From Camelus ferus (taxonomy: Eukaryota): 64,000 bases of DNA. The DNA lies in NCBI RefSeq assembly GCF_009834535.1, contig NC_045697.1, positions 58,096,001 through 58,160,000 of the forward strand. The letters are read 5' to 3'. Below the pieces are notes generated by a model. The model did not search any database. It was given only the letters and a program-made list of their open reading frames with translations, and was not told where the DNA came from. Shown here in pieces: positions 12,571-25,439 of the stretch (its first letter is position 1; every line of letters starts with the position of its first letter). Both the position numbers and the translations under genes were made by a program.

Positions 12571-12663
12571 TAAAATATCACATTTTAAGAAAAGGGGAAA
12601 ATATATTTACTTGTGGAAATAAGACTATTTCCACAATGAAATATGCAAACCGTCGCTATAATC

Positions 12664-12694
<31 letters not shown>

Positions 12695-13099
12695 CAAAAC
12701 CCAATACATTTTCAATTATGTAATACTATCATTGTGGCCCCTGAAAACTTTGGCACTAGAAGCCCTAGGTAAACAAGCCAGGCTCTATGCTGTTTCCATA
12801 GATATAATTGTTTGCAATATCGAGTATGTCCTTGATTTCATAGAGCGTATAGTCTAACAGGGAGAAAACTATTAAGAATTCTAATAAAGTTAAACAAGCA
12901 ATTGCAGTAAGGTTCCCTCCTTAACCAGTAGAAAAATGGAAACTTTAAGGATCTACCTTTTAGTTAATCATTGGAAAAGCACAAAGGCCCAGGGAAACAG
13001 GTGTTTGCCTCACCCTGATACCTTGATCCCTCACATGCTTATTTATGCTAATAATCACCAGTTTCCACATTGCTGTCTACACACACTTACCTACCAAAT

Positions 13100-14170
13100 T
13101 GTCCTCCACTCTCCTTCATGCATTTCAACCTTCTAACTTATGATCATTAAACTCCCCTATAGCTGCCATGACTTCCCAGAATGTTCTCATGACTGGCTGA
13201 TCTTCATTAAAACCTGGCTCTCTCTTATGAAAACTCTTCCACTGAACTGCTCTTAATAGAAAGTCTTTTTTTTTATTCTTTTTTGGTCCACATACTTTAG
13301 AACCAACAGATGAGATAGGTGTTCACTTTCTTCTTTAATGCTATATTCAGGTAATTAATCCCTCCACTTTCTTCTGAGAGAATGAATGTTTATGTTCTCT
13401 TCCTGGGCCACCCTCTTGGGTCCTGATACCATCTACTGAACTACTCCCTACTATTTGTTGAAGACATCTCTCAGGGCAAAGAATTTCTCCCTACCTCATT
13501 ACCATTCTCTGTTACTTCAACATGGACATTGAGAAATTAGCCTCACCCAATCTCTTTGGTCCCTGAATTCTTATCCCTTCTCTAACTTAGACACCCATTC
13601 CCATATTTACTTTTGACTTCATTAGAAATCCAACTACATGTGAAATGTGGACTTCAGACAGTTCAATTCCTAACCCCTCTCCAGCCCTCTTGGTATAACT
13701 ATCATTTTATTAGCACTTTCCCAGGTTTTTTCTTTTTTGTCCAGCTTGATTACACAGTATGCCACTAAAATCACTCATTTGCGCATACCCTCAACTCTTT
13801 TGTCCCTTTTTTCCTCCATTTTTCACCCTAAGAGAACTCTTGTTGAATGCTAACCTACACCATTTCACTGCCTGTAATTGAGTATATGAACATTTCCAGG
13901 GCAAGGAAAATCATACAATGGCATATTTCACAGTAAAGTCATAATCACATTTCTCAAATGAGCACAAAATCAGTAACTCCTAGAACTCCTATGATGTTTC
14001 CTCAGTGCATTTGTTTTCCATCATTGAGATAAGTTATCACATCATTTCTCTACATTCTCAACTCCATTGTGTTAAATGATCTACTTAATATTTTATTGAG
14101 AGAACTGAAGACATCAAACATAACCTCTTTGGCAGAAACTGCTAGGCACCTCAAAATATCCATTCAATCT
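13100..14170 (+). mobile_element. L2 LINE internal relic
   Basis: Pyrimidine-rich degenerate L2-like sequence (aaaacctggctctc, gttacttcaacat, accctcaactctttt). Confidence 0.55.
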
Positions 14171-14189
14171 TTCTGTTTTTTAAATAACA

Positions 14190-14400
14190 GAACTCAATTC
14201 TTTCCATATTGCCACTGGCTAAAAGATTTTATATCCCCGAATTCCTTGAAGTTGGGTATGGCCCTATGACTTACTTCCAGCCAAGGAGATGTAAATAGAA
14301 ATGTATGACATTTTCATAAAGTTCATTAGAAGGTATGGATGTGGCCCCTTTTTTTATTTTTTCACTCTCTCCAACTTACTGCCTAGAAACTAAAAATAAT
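14190..14400 (+). mobile_element. MaLR LTR fragment, MLT1J-like
   Basis: ttccttgaagttgggtatggcc..atgacttacttccagccaaggagatgtaaatagaa. Confidence 0.55.
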
Positions 14401-14862
14401 TGTGGTGACTTTTATGCTAAAAGGCAGAACCTTTTTTGAGAAAAAGAGAAAAGGGTCAAGTAAAAAGAATGAAGAAGACTCACTGCATGTCAAGGTAAAA
14501 GATCATTTGGGGGCTTTGTCAATTACTGCTTCGGGGAATGGGAGAATTAGAAAACACTGCAGGAAACTGAATGAAAGGTAGGAATAAGAGACAACCTATA
14601 AAAATCTTTCAAGAAGTTTGCTTATGAAAGAGATAAGAGAGATGGAAAAGAAAATTGAGGAAGAAATATAAATTAAGTTTTTTTTTTTTAAAGAGAGGTG
14701 CATGATTATTTTCATATTTTTAAAAAATTTACTAAAGGGGTATATGGTGATTTTAACAAGTTTATCAATATAAAGTTGACTAAAAGAAGGATTAATATTT
14801 TCTCCACATCTCTCCTGTTCTAGCCCCCTCAACAACCTGTTCTTTGTCCTTATTACTATTTT

Positions 14863-15380
14863 ATTTTTAATTGAAGTACAGTCAGTTTAAAATGTTGTGT
14901 CAATTTCTGGTGTACAGCATAATAGTTCAGTCATATATATACATACATATATTCATTTTCATATTCTTTTTCATCATAGGTTACTATAAAATATTGAATA
15001 CAGTTCCCTGTGCTATACAGAAGAAAATTGTTGTTTATTTATTTTATGCATAGTAGTTAGTATCTGCAAATCTCAAACTCCCAATTTATCCCTTTCCACT
15101 GGCTTACTTCGCTTAGAATGACAATCTCCAGGTCCATCCATGTTGCTGCAAATGGCATTATTTTATTTCTTTTTATGGCTGAGTAGTCATTGTATAAATA
15201 TATCAAAACTTCTTTACTCAGTCATCTGTCAGTGGATATTTAGGTTGTTTCCATGTCTTGTCTATTGTAAATAGTGATGCTATGAACACTGGGGTGTATG
15301 GATCTTTTCAAATTAGAGTTCCCTCCAGACATATGCCCAGAAGTGGGATTGCTTGATCATATGGCATGTCTATTTTTAGT
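14863..15380 (-). mobile_element. 5'-truncated artiodactyl L1 (ORF2 end plus 3'UTR with internal deletion)
   Basis: ttgaagtacagtcagttt..tttctggtgtacagc; ccatccatgttgctgcaaatggc; degenerate TSD ttattactatttt / ttattatcatttt. Confidence 0.85.
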
Positions 15381-15498
15381 TTATTATCATTTTTAACACA
15401 ATATTGTTTCAATTTTCTCTCCTGTAAAGTGGGGATAATACTGCCAGCATCAAAGGTTGGTAAATACCACATTTGCTATTATTCTTTGGCAGCTGAAC

Positions 15499-15993
15499 CT
15501 GTGATTGGTTTCCCTACTTTCAGATCCCTTCCCTGATACCCCTTGCTCTGCTCTACACCACAGATGCGAGGCTCCTCCATTTCCTGGGCTCCTTTGTCTC
15601 TTGGCTTCTAATTAGTTTCAAGATCCTGGATGCACTAGCAGAATACTAGAGGAGAGAACAGAAAGAAGTCAGGATACTAACCTTTCTCTTTGACTTGGGT
15701 CCAAGTCAGGCCTCAGCAGGAGCTGCCTATCCTTCACTGTGTGAGTTCCCTTGGAGACTCTCAGTCCCTGAACTCTCACAGCACCATCTTCTCCCACTGG
15801 ACTTGATACACTGTCCCACTATATCATTTTGGATGATAGCAGCTTTCACTTGTTCTAAGTTCTGGGTGTCTTACTATCACCCAATTGGTTTTTCATGTCT
15901 TTTATCATTTCTCCAACTAGTTTCCAATGTTATATTCCCTCTATTATACCACCTGGCATGGGTTCTCTCTTCTTGACTTTGCCTGATTGATAT
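15499..15993 (+). mobile_element. ERVL LTR, LTR33-like
   Basis: atttcctgggctcctttgtctcttggcttct..gcactagcag..gaagtcagg; end ttccctct..cctggcatgggttct..cctgattgata. Confidence 0.65.
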
Positions 15994-16289
15994 AGCTGTC
16001 ATCATCATCATCGCCGTCACAATGAGTCAGAAAATCAGAATCAATTAAATATAGAAATAAATGCCTAAAGAAAGTAAGATATGAGTACAAAGCCTAGGTA
16101 AGAAGAAAACTCTACAACTGGTAGAAGAAAAACTATCTTTCTATTAAAAAAGAAAAAGAAAAAAAAAAACAGGCAATCAGAAGCAGGTAAATGGTCAGTT
16201 GAGTTTATTTTGTATTACATTTTGTTATTTTTATATAGTCCATTCATCTTGGACATGTTTGAGGCAACTGAGACCACGATGTAATTATA

Positions 16290-16890
16290 TCTTATCTCCT
16301 AGTAACACCTCAGCAAAGCAGTGAGTCTCCAGGGAAAGATGACTAAATTGTGTGTTATGCAGATAGAGCCTTCAAAAATGTCACAGAGCTCCTTAGGTCC
16401 CAGAGCACACAGCAACAGCAGGAATAATATCTATGCAACTTAAAATGGGGCAAAAAGTAAAAACAATTGTATGGAATTTTTAGGCAGATTGGGGCTTCGT
16501 CAGGCTCAAAAAGTTGGCAAAAAACAGAAGAATTTCTCTCTGCCTGAACATGGCACTACAGAAGAAAAGAGCTTTGCCGAACTGAATGGACCAGATGAGA
16601 ACCAGTAATAACTTAGTAGGCATCTATATAGACTGACCACTGAGAATCCAGCAAGACAAAAGATTCAAAAGAAGTCAACGTGGACAAAACACACTTAGGA
16701 CTAGATGTCCGACTTACCCTCCAGTGTCTTGGGACTATGTAGGGACCATGGAATCTTGACACAGTACCTAGAATAGGAAAAGGGAGCCTGTGAAATAATT
16801 TGGATTACAAGCTTTGACATTGTGATGGAATAGGGCTACAAATAAAAAATAAATATAGTTTATAAAAATAAATTTCTATTTATTACCTAT
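16290..16890 (+). mobile_element. Ancient LTR relic (mammalian Gypsy-like LTR)
   Basis: ggaatcttgacacagtacctagaataggaaaaggg and an AATAAA-rich end; weak resemblance. Confidence 0.3.
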
Positions 16891-18117
16891 ATGAATTAGT
16901 AAAATGAGATTTCTATCTGTGACTTAGCAAACAAAAATAGTTGAAGCTTCTTATGAGTTTTCGACTCATAACAGAAAAATAAGCTCATGCTATGGGAAAT
17001 TTTATGAAGTACTGTACCAAAGACATGAATGAGTCTATTTTTGGTAAAAAGAAGCCAAGCTGGAAAAAATGTAAAGCTTATATAATTTTCCAAATAATTG
17101 ATTGAAAGACTGAAATCAACCAGAATGTTACCTTGAACCTTTATGCATGGATAGTTGCATTTTAGTTCTTTTGTTGTTTTGTTCTAGTTTGTTTTCCCAC
17201 ATTAAAAATTATATGTTTGAAGACAGTTTTAATTGTGAAATTACTTGTAAAGAATTTTTCAACTATTAGTATTTTTTCAACCGGGAAGAAATAGAGATAA
17301 ATGCTTATATGGGACAAGAACTATAATAAGTAAAATGCAAGAGTCAGGGTTCCCAGTTGGCCCATTCTGAGCCCAAACACCTTTCACTGAGATTTCTCAG
17401 CTTAAAATTATTTGCATCCTGGTTTTCTCAGTATCTTCACTGGGTCCTTAAGTGGTAAATTAAAGTAATAATTTAAACCCTTTTGGCAAGATTTATAATG
17501 GAATTTGAAGTGACTTGTAAGCTATCTTCAGATATAGAGATAAATCTTTACTTGGCATGTAGAATGCATTAGCCAAAATTTATTTGCTGCTTTTCTTAAA
17601 ATGAGAAACATAATGATGTCTTGGTAAAGTATAAACATGAGGATGAGGGGGAAAGATTCATTGTTTACTTAATAAGTTGCTCACAAATTCAGATTATTTA
17701 GCAGCTATCTTTCTAGCCTGAGCATTCATGTTCAACAACTGATGATATCCATATAATAGAAATACCATTGATCAGGTGGAAAAAAGAGACTTGAACATTG
17801 GCATTATTAAGTAGTTTTTGACTTTTCATTATACATGACAAAAATTGTAGTGTTAATGGTTAAAAAGAATGCATGAGATATCTTCCTTCACTGAACATGC
17901 CTGGTTAAAAAAAAAAAAAGATGTGTAAGTCAGTGAACCTTTCATTAGCATATGACACAATTAACTAAATTCCCTAATAATACTGAATGTACTGAATAAT
18001 ACATTTACTGAAAATTTCAGCACTGAATGGTGCCACCTCTTTGGAAACATTAGCCTAGCACTTCTGTATAGGGGTTCCACTGACATAGCTCAGTAAGCTG
18101 GGGAATATTGGTTTACA

Positions 18118-18118
<1 letters not shown>

Positions 18119-18168
<50 letters not shown>

Positions 18169-18217
18169 GTGTGTATGTATATATATATATATATACACAC
18201 ACATATATACATATATA
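18119..18217. repeat. Compound (CT)n/(TG)/(TA)n/(CA) microsatellite
   Basis: Directly visible. Confidence 0.95.
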
Positions 18218-20891
18218 TTGTTTTTTTCTTTACAAAAGGAAATTGATCAGACAAGGAAGCTGATATGCAGTGATGTTTCTCCATTCAACCTAGATTTTTC
18301 ATAAATAGACATTTATTTTAGCCATTAAGCAAAAGAGAAATAAAAAAATCTCACATGGTAGGTAATGTAAAACATCATCTTTATGGTAAAATATTGATGC
18401 TTTACAGTTGAATGTAAAATTTCCATGAACTTTTAAGAATAGGGCAACGGGACACCAAGCAATTCATTAGGTGTCCTTAGTTTATGATCTTATGCCATTA
18501 GAGATACTTCTATAAAAACTTGTAGAAACATAGCTATAATTTCGATCTTTGGTCATGATTTCACATCTTTTCAATAATTCAATAACTCTGCTCAACTTTG
18601 TCCATCAGCAAATAGTACCACCCTGAGGAACCATCAGCCCTTATCCCTCATAATGATCCTCTCACTGTAAAAACAGAAACCCATGTCCTGGTCTCAGATC
18701 CCAGTGAAAGGGGCCAGACACTCTGGCAGCTGAGCCAACTGGTAACTAATAAAGGCCGTAGTGGGCACTTCACAAAAAACAGCACACAATATGTATGTCT
18801 CTGTTTCCCATTGCTTTCAGGCTTTCACAGGAAACAGAGAAGAATCTTCCAAAATGTCTGTCTGCAGTATAATAAAATAATGTAGATTCAGTATTAATAT
18901 CATGAAACACTGATAAATGGTGAAAATACAAACATGATAATAATTATAAAGGGCACCCAGAGAGAAAAGAACAAGTCTGTTTGAGGATGGCTTTTACTTT
19001 CTAGCAAAAAGCGAGGAATATTACTTCTCCAAAAATCTCAAATACAGAAATAATTTAGAATGTGCCTTTATCTTGCTTCTCTGACCTGTGCTTCCATAAA
19101 AGGTTAATATTTGGATTATTTGGCTGGCTTCTGTAAAATCTAATGCTAGATACTTCTACAGACTTAATGATTCCCTGGATATGGAAAAACAGCCAGGCCT
19201 GTCCAGTGCAGCAGCAGCGTCTCCCTACATTGCTGCCGCTGTGCTTGGTACTTCAGGCCTGCTTTGCATTCATCCCCACTGCATTTGGTGAAGCCTGTTC
19301 ATGAAAGAGAGCGGTAAGGATTTCCTGCAGATTCCAGTCTCCTTGATTTATTAACCGATTTCTATACAGTGGTTGTTTTAATACACTCCTCACTAGTGAT
19401 GGCACAGAGAATAATTACCATACTATAAATGATCAGGAAAGTCATTTTCAATATGAAACTAATAATCTTTGATTATTGAAAGTCTAGATAGACCCAATCT
19501 CTCTTTTCTAGGATACTGCAATAACAAGGTATAAAGCAGTGTCTTAAATACTCTTTCAGTGTGTTAATGTCATTGACATCAGTGAGAGGGTCAAAGCAAA
19601 CACACGTTTTGTAGGGCTAATGGTTTTCCTTAAGTTTCCTTGCAGCACAGTTGAAAGAATTATCAACAGATTTAGCAATAAAATGACCAAAATATTCATT
19701 ATGAGGCAATTCTAATAAATTGTGTATTTTTTAAAAAAATGCATTCAGCTTAAACAGAAACATATCAAACTATGATTTCAATGAAATGGTCTTAATTGGT
19801 GCTAGAAGTAAAATAATATATTACTAAAGAAAAATACTACATAAAATCAATTTTGAATCACTGCTTGGGTCGATGAGCTCAAACTAATATTGATATTGTA
19901 TGCGTCACTCTTAACTAAAGAAAAATAACACAGCTAGAAAATGTTCATATAATGATGTTGCTCCGGTTGGCTTTCTGCCACTTAAGCAAGTAACAGTGGC
20001 TTTTTGTTAGGCTAGTAAAATTATATTCTGGTGTGAAAAAAAAAATTATCCTTTAGTAACTATTTCCATTATATAAAAATGTTCAATAGTTCAAAGTTCA
20101 TTTGAAACTTCTTTTATAAACTTTTTTTTGGATTAATAATGTCTGGAAATTAGATATTCACAACAGAGAATTTTCTTTTTCTATCTCTTGATTTTTCTCT
20201 AACATGAATGAATGTTATGAATACCTTCTTCTTCCTTTTGGTTTTATAGATACAAGAATAAGATATTTGTTTTCCAATTCAGCATTCTAAAACTGTTATC
20301 TGCCAAATCATATAAAGTTAAGAATGCTCACAATCCCTACATCACCATGAACCACTATGATCTATACCTCTCTGTCCATTTTTTTTAATACAGCCACTGT
20401 GACAGCATGGACCTTTTAAATGGCAACATTGCTGTTGACACCATCACAGTACATCTTGAACTGCAGAGTTCTTTCCTCATTAATGTGACTTTTTAATAAT
20501 TATTATTTTTATAATTCATTTTATCATGACTTCTTTGTATGGATATTTTAGGCATTTGGACACTTGAAAAAACAATTTTCTTCTGTAAGAATAAAAAAGC
20601 TCTACTTTTTTTTCCAAATGGAGTTAGAGTTTATAGATTCCTGTTCCTTTTCCCTTCTTTTCTTTTTCTTTCATTCGTTCCTTCCACAAAATCCTCAGAG
20701 AAGCAATAAATAATTGCATCATATTCTAGTTCACTAAATATTAATTTAGTAACTTCATGTGAAAATACTTTCTCCTATTTGTATATCCTCAGTGAATCCT
20801 TTTATATTTCTTCAAGTAAATAGCATTTTTGTGTAAGAATAATATGGATAATATGGATGAACTGTAATAGTTACACTTTAATTTTACCCAC

Positions 20892-20933
20892 TGTATTAGT
20901 CAGGGGTCACCAGAGAAATAAAACCAATAAGAG

Positions 20934-20964
<31 letters not shown>

Positions 20965-21033
20965 TATATATACACACACATACATATATATTCACACACA
21001 CACATATACACATTTACACACATATGTGTATAC

Positions 21034-21066
<33 letters not shown>

Positions 21067-21529
21067 TATCTTTACATCTATCTCTCTATATATATCTACC
21101 TATCTAAAGAAATTTATTATAAGGATTGGCTCACACAATTATAGAGGCTAAGCCCTCAATCTGTTGTCTGCAAGCTGGAGACTCAAGAAATTTTGTGGTG
21201 TAGTTCCAATTCAAGTCCAAAGACCTCAGAAGCAAGAGAGCTGATGGTACAAAACTCAGTCCAAGGGCAGGAAAACACTGATGTCTCAGCTGACCTCTCA
21301 GGAAAAGAGAGCAAATTCTCTCTTTTTCCACATTGTGTTCAATTCAGGCCCTCAGTGAATTAGAGGATACCCACTCACATTGGGGAGGGCAATCTATTTT
21401 ATTCAGTCTACCAATTCAAATGTTAATCTCATCCACAAACAACCTCAGACACACTCAGAAATGATGGTTAACCAAATATCTGGACACCTCATGACCCAGT
21501 CAAGTTGATACATAAAATTAACTATCACA
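20892..21529 (-). mobile_element. ERVL solo LTR, MLT2B-like, with expanded (TA/CA)n
   Basis: tgtattagtcagggg..cagagaaa; ggattggctcacacaattat; end cccagtcaagttgatacataaaattaactatcaca. Confidence 0.9.
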
Positions 21530-21800
21530 TTCACATATTATTGTTCCATTTGACTATTTTTCCCTGTTAGTGCTGATAAAATACATTACTTTATAAAATT
21601 ATGTTGATATATCATTCATAATTACTTTCTCTCCAAAACTAGGACATGTGTTTCATTTGCTTTCTGTACACTCTTTTTTCTTTTTCTTTTTCTTTTTCTT
21701 TTTCTTTCTTTCTTTCTTTTTTGGTATGGGAATCCAATAATCAGGTATATTACAGGAATTCAAAAAGTAACACAAAACAGGCCTTGACAAAGCAGAAGGA

Positions 21801-22145
21801 GGTGAGAAGAGGAGATCAGGATACGGAGAAGGAGGATACTGAGCTCACCTCCCCCCACGAACACATCAGAAAAATATCTACACGTGGAGCAAATCTCACT
21901 AAAAACAAACTGGAGGTGCCAGAAAAACTGTTATACAACCAAGGCTGTAAAGAAAGAACCACACGGAGTCAGGCAGGAAGGGAAGAAGTAATCAGGTCAG
22001 GACTTGGACTCTTTAGGAGGGGATACAGAAGAGGAGGAGGATTACATAGGCATGGACATCCTCCCTGGTGAGTGAGCCATTTGAACCACATTTTGGGCAC
22101 CACAGCCCTGGGGTTCAAGACCAGGAAAATGAGTTCCCTTAGCTG
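21801..22145 (+). mobile_element. Artiodactyl L1 5'UTR fragment
   Basis: gagctcacctccccccacgaacacatcagaaaaatatctacacgtgga is homologous to the 5' ends at 10682 and 62975. Confidence 0.75.
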
Positions 22146-23895
22146 TTAACTATAATCTTCTTAAATAGATGAATTATTTTATTTATTATTTCAGTTACAT
22201 ATGTTTCCAGGTATTCTGAGTTCCACCTGATGATATCTGTAATGTCAATACTGAACATGTATTTGCTAATAAAATTGAGATTACAAAGAACTAAACATTA
22301 AAAATATGAACTGTTCTAACATCAGTTAATATTATATTTCCATCTTCTCTTAGGGTAATTTTCTTCTTCAAAAGTAAGGTATGTAAATATCAAATATTTG
22401 GTGAATTTTCACTACAATTCACATTCTTCTTAATTTATTAAGGAAAAATATAATTAAATAAAAATGGACATTGATCTATTTTTCTAGTTTAAGATTTTTT
22501 TGTTGCATAAGTGTGTAAACTACCGTACTGCGCATTTTGGGGCATGAGGTATTAAAACATTACTCTGGTTAAGACTACTGTTATCTATTGAAATTAATTC
22601 CTAATATTTGGTATTTATTTAGAAATATTTAATTTAAATAACATTTGAAATCATCATGACCTTATTTTTAAGAAAGTTTTATTATTTGATTGTTCTATGG
22701 TATTAAATTGTTCAATTTTCTATGAAGTTTAATCAACTATATATCATATATAAACACATACATATGTATTTTATAAGTAACTGTCATTTTTATAGAATAT
22801 ATAAGCAAATTAAAAAGTTAAACCAGAACTAAAATTATATTTGTCTGCTACCAATTGGGAATTGTCAAAGGCTTTGTCATATCATCTCAATCATAAAAGC
22901 ACAGATTTTCATAAATTTAAAGAAAACAGACAAGGCATGTATCTGTTGCCTTCATTATAATGGGTAAGAAATGACTCAACAGTTAACACCGGGGCATTGC
23001 GTCCAGTAGGAAGATATAAACAGAGTGATAACGTCAGCAGTATATGTGATTCTTTTTCAGCCTAAAATCCAAGTAAGATGTTAATGCTTATATTCAGGGA
23101 GATTTTAGGTGTTCTGCCCTTGGTGGCAAAAAGAAGACTGTTACTATGGCCAGAAAGAAGAGCCCAGCATAGAAAAACAAAGAGAATTCACGGTATGGAA
23201 ACAAAACGATAAGATATTTTATGGTATTGACACTCCCAAGGATTAATGTATTTGACAATAGTGATACTCCCAAGGATGCATCAAGCACAGAGCTGTGCAG
23301 AGCATAGTGGACAGAGTAGGCTCGAGAGGCCCCACTAGACTAAATTATGCAGAAGTGCATCAAGACTGAGATAATAGCAAGCAATTGATTGTATCAGTGC
23401 AGCACAACTGGTCATGATTGAAAGATATCTGGGAAAAACATTGAAAATCTTGACTAAAACAGAATAAAGACTGTTTTCCTACCTTTACTAACAATTATAA
23501 GTCTACTATCAGAATATAGTGAACAATGATTTTATTTATTTTGCATATTTATTCTTGTATAATGTACATTAAATAAGTGTATTTCCCATCATAGAGTATG
23601 ATTCGTTATTCTCTATAAATCTGTTAGAAACAAGACAAATGATTTTTTTTTAATCCTTACAAGTATTTAATATACAGGTACTTGGATTAAATTTATCATG
23701 AGCTTTAGTCAAGTGAGCAGAAAGAAATGTGGTATGACTTTTAAAATCCTGTCACTGTAAGACCAACTTCTGTTTGGGTCCCTTAGAGCTTCTATTTTAA
23801 AAAGTATGATTAATTTTGGTGAAAGAAATACTGTGTAAATAAATGGAAGGGGAAATGTATATAGACATTGACAATAAAAAGCATGGTTACACTTC

Positions 23896-24206
23896 AGACT
23901 CATAGACATAGTGGATAATCTTCTGGTTACCAGAAGGAAAGGGAGTGGGAAGAGATAAATTGGAAGTCCAAGACTTGCAAATATTAACTACTATATATAA
24001 AAACAGATAAAAATATTTCTTCTGTATAGCACAAGGAACTATACTCAGTATCCTGTGGTAACCTATAATAAAAATGAATATGAAAATGAATATATGTATG
24101 TATATGTATGACTGAAGCATTATGCTGTACACCAGAAATTGACACATTATAACTGACACATTGTAACTGGTTACACTTCAATAAAAAATATATATAAAAA
24201 TAAAAA
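23896..24206 (+). mobile_element. L1 3'UTR fragment
   Basis: agactcatagacatag..tggttacc..ctgtatagcacaaggaactatac..gctgtacaccagaaattgacac..caataaaaaa; degenerate TSD. Confidence 0.85.
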
Positions 24207-25439
24207 AGTATAGTTATACTCAAATATAATTATTTTTTATCTGCCCCTCACCAAAGTAATTGTATTTTTCTCCTTCTTCCTATGGAGTCTCTCCAAATTG
24301 ATTTTTCAAGTAATGCCACATTATTAAAAAACTGTCTGTGAAAAGAAAAAAAAATTTAAGAAATCTGCCTTCTAAGGTTGTGAATTAGCTCTTTTCGAAT
24401 AACTATTGACAAAGCCATCAAATACAAACTGGCCAAATGAATTGTTATGTGATATGAAGCAAATAATTCACTTTCCATCGTACTTGACTATCTTTTCATT
24501 CTTGCCCATAAAAAGTAATGTTTTGATAACTAGCATTTCTGATACCTTCCTGGGAGGAAATAATATTGTATCAATAAAAAAAGATCTGATGCACATCTAG
24601 CATTTAATGGGTTCAATTAAATGCTCTGTCCCACCCTCTACCCCCAAAATACATTTTTTCTTGTTGTAGGGAAGAAAATCAAGCTTAGTGTTCAGCTCTG
24701 GTAGTCAACTTCCTATAGAAACTCTTACTGCAGTAAGTTCCCACTCAGGCAAAGTGAGGTTGTGATCCTCTAACCACTTTTGCTCTCCTTTCCTAACAAA
24801 ATGATACATACCAACTGAGTGAGGATCTCCTGCAGTTTTAGAAAAGAGAAGCATTCTCTTTATGTATGATTAAAGGAGTTATTGCAATAGAAAGCTATCA
24901 TAGAAATTTTATAGTTACTATTGTGCTATTATAGCTGTTATTAAATTGAAATTACTCAAAAGTAAAGAATAATTACTAGATAAATTAGAAAACCATGGGA
25001 ATGCAAGTTTATAAAAAAAAGTCTTGGAAGAAATTATGGAAGAGTTGAGTATACATATTTGAATTTATTTAGAAAAATTTATTGTAGGTAGGTAAGGTAA
25101 GGAAAATTAAGGTGGAAAAATACACTATAAAGTAATAAAGCTTGACAATGATATTTCAAAGGCATTGCATGTCTCCACAACAAATGGTCACCAAACTGAT
25201 TTGAAGTACTTAGAAGAAGAACTGATAAGCACATTCTGGTGAGGTAAGATGGGCTTCAGAACAATAGGAGGTAAAAGAGACAATCCAAAAGTTATCAAGA
25301 ACAAGGCAAATAAACATAACTATTATTTGGAGTTTAAAAAAAATGAAATTTTGAGAGCTATTACATCAAAATGATCATTATGTACTATTTACTGTAGTAA
25401 ACTTCAGCAATAAAATGTAAGCAAAAGAGAAACAAAGTT

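Noticed and set aside
18616..18885. 89-codon open frame (YHPEEPSALIPHND..)
   Set aside because: No initiating ATG, weak acceptor, no recognisable family; a length expected by chance
20857..21144. His/Tyr/Ile-rich ORF
   Set aside because: Translation of a (TA/CA)n microsatellite in MLT2B
21646..22071. 141-aa ORF with hydrophobic N-terminus
   Set aside because: Made from a (TTTTTC)n tract plus L1 5'UTR
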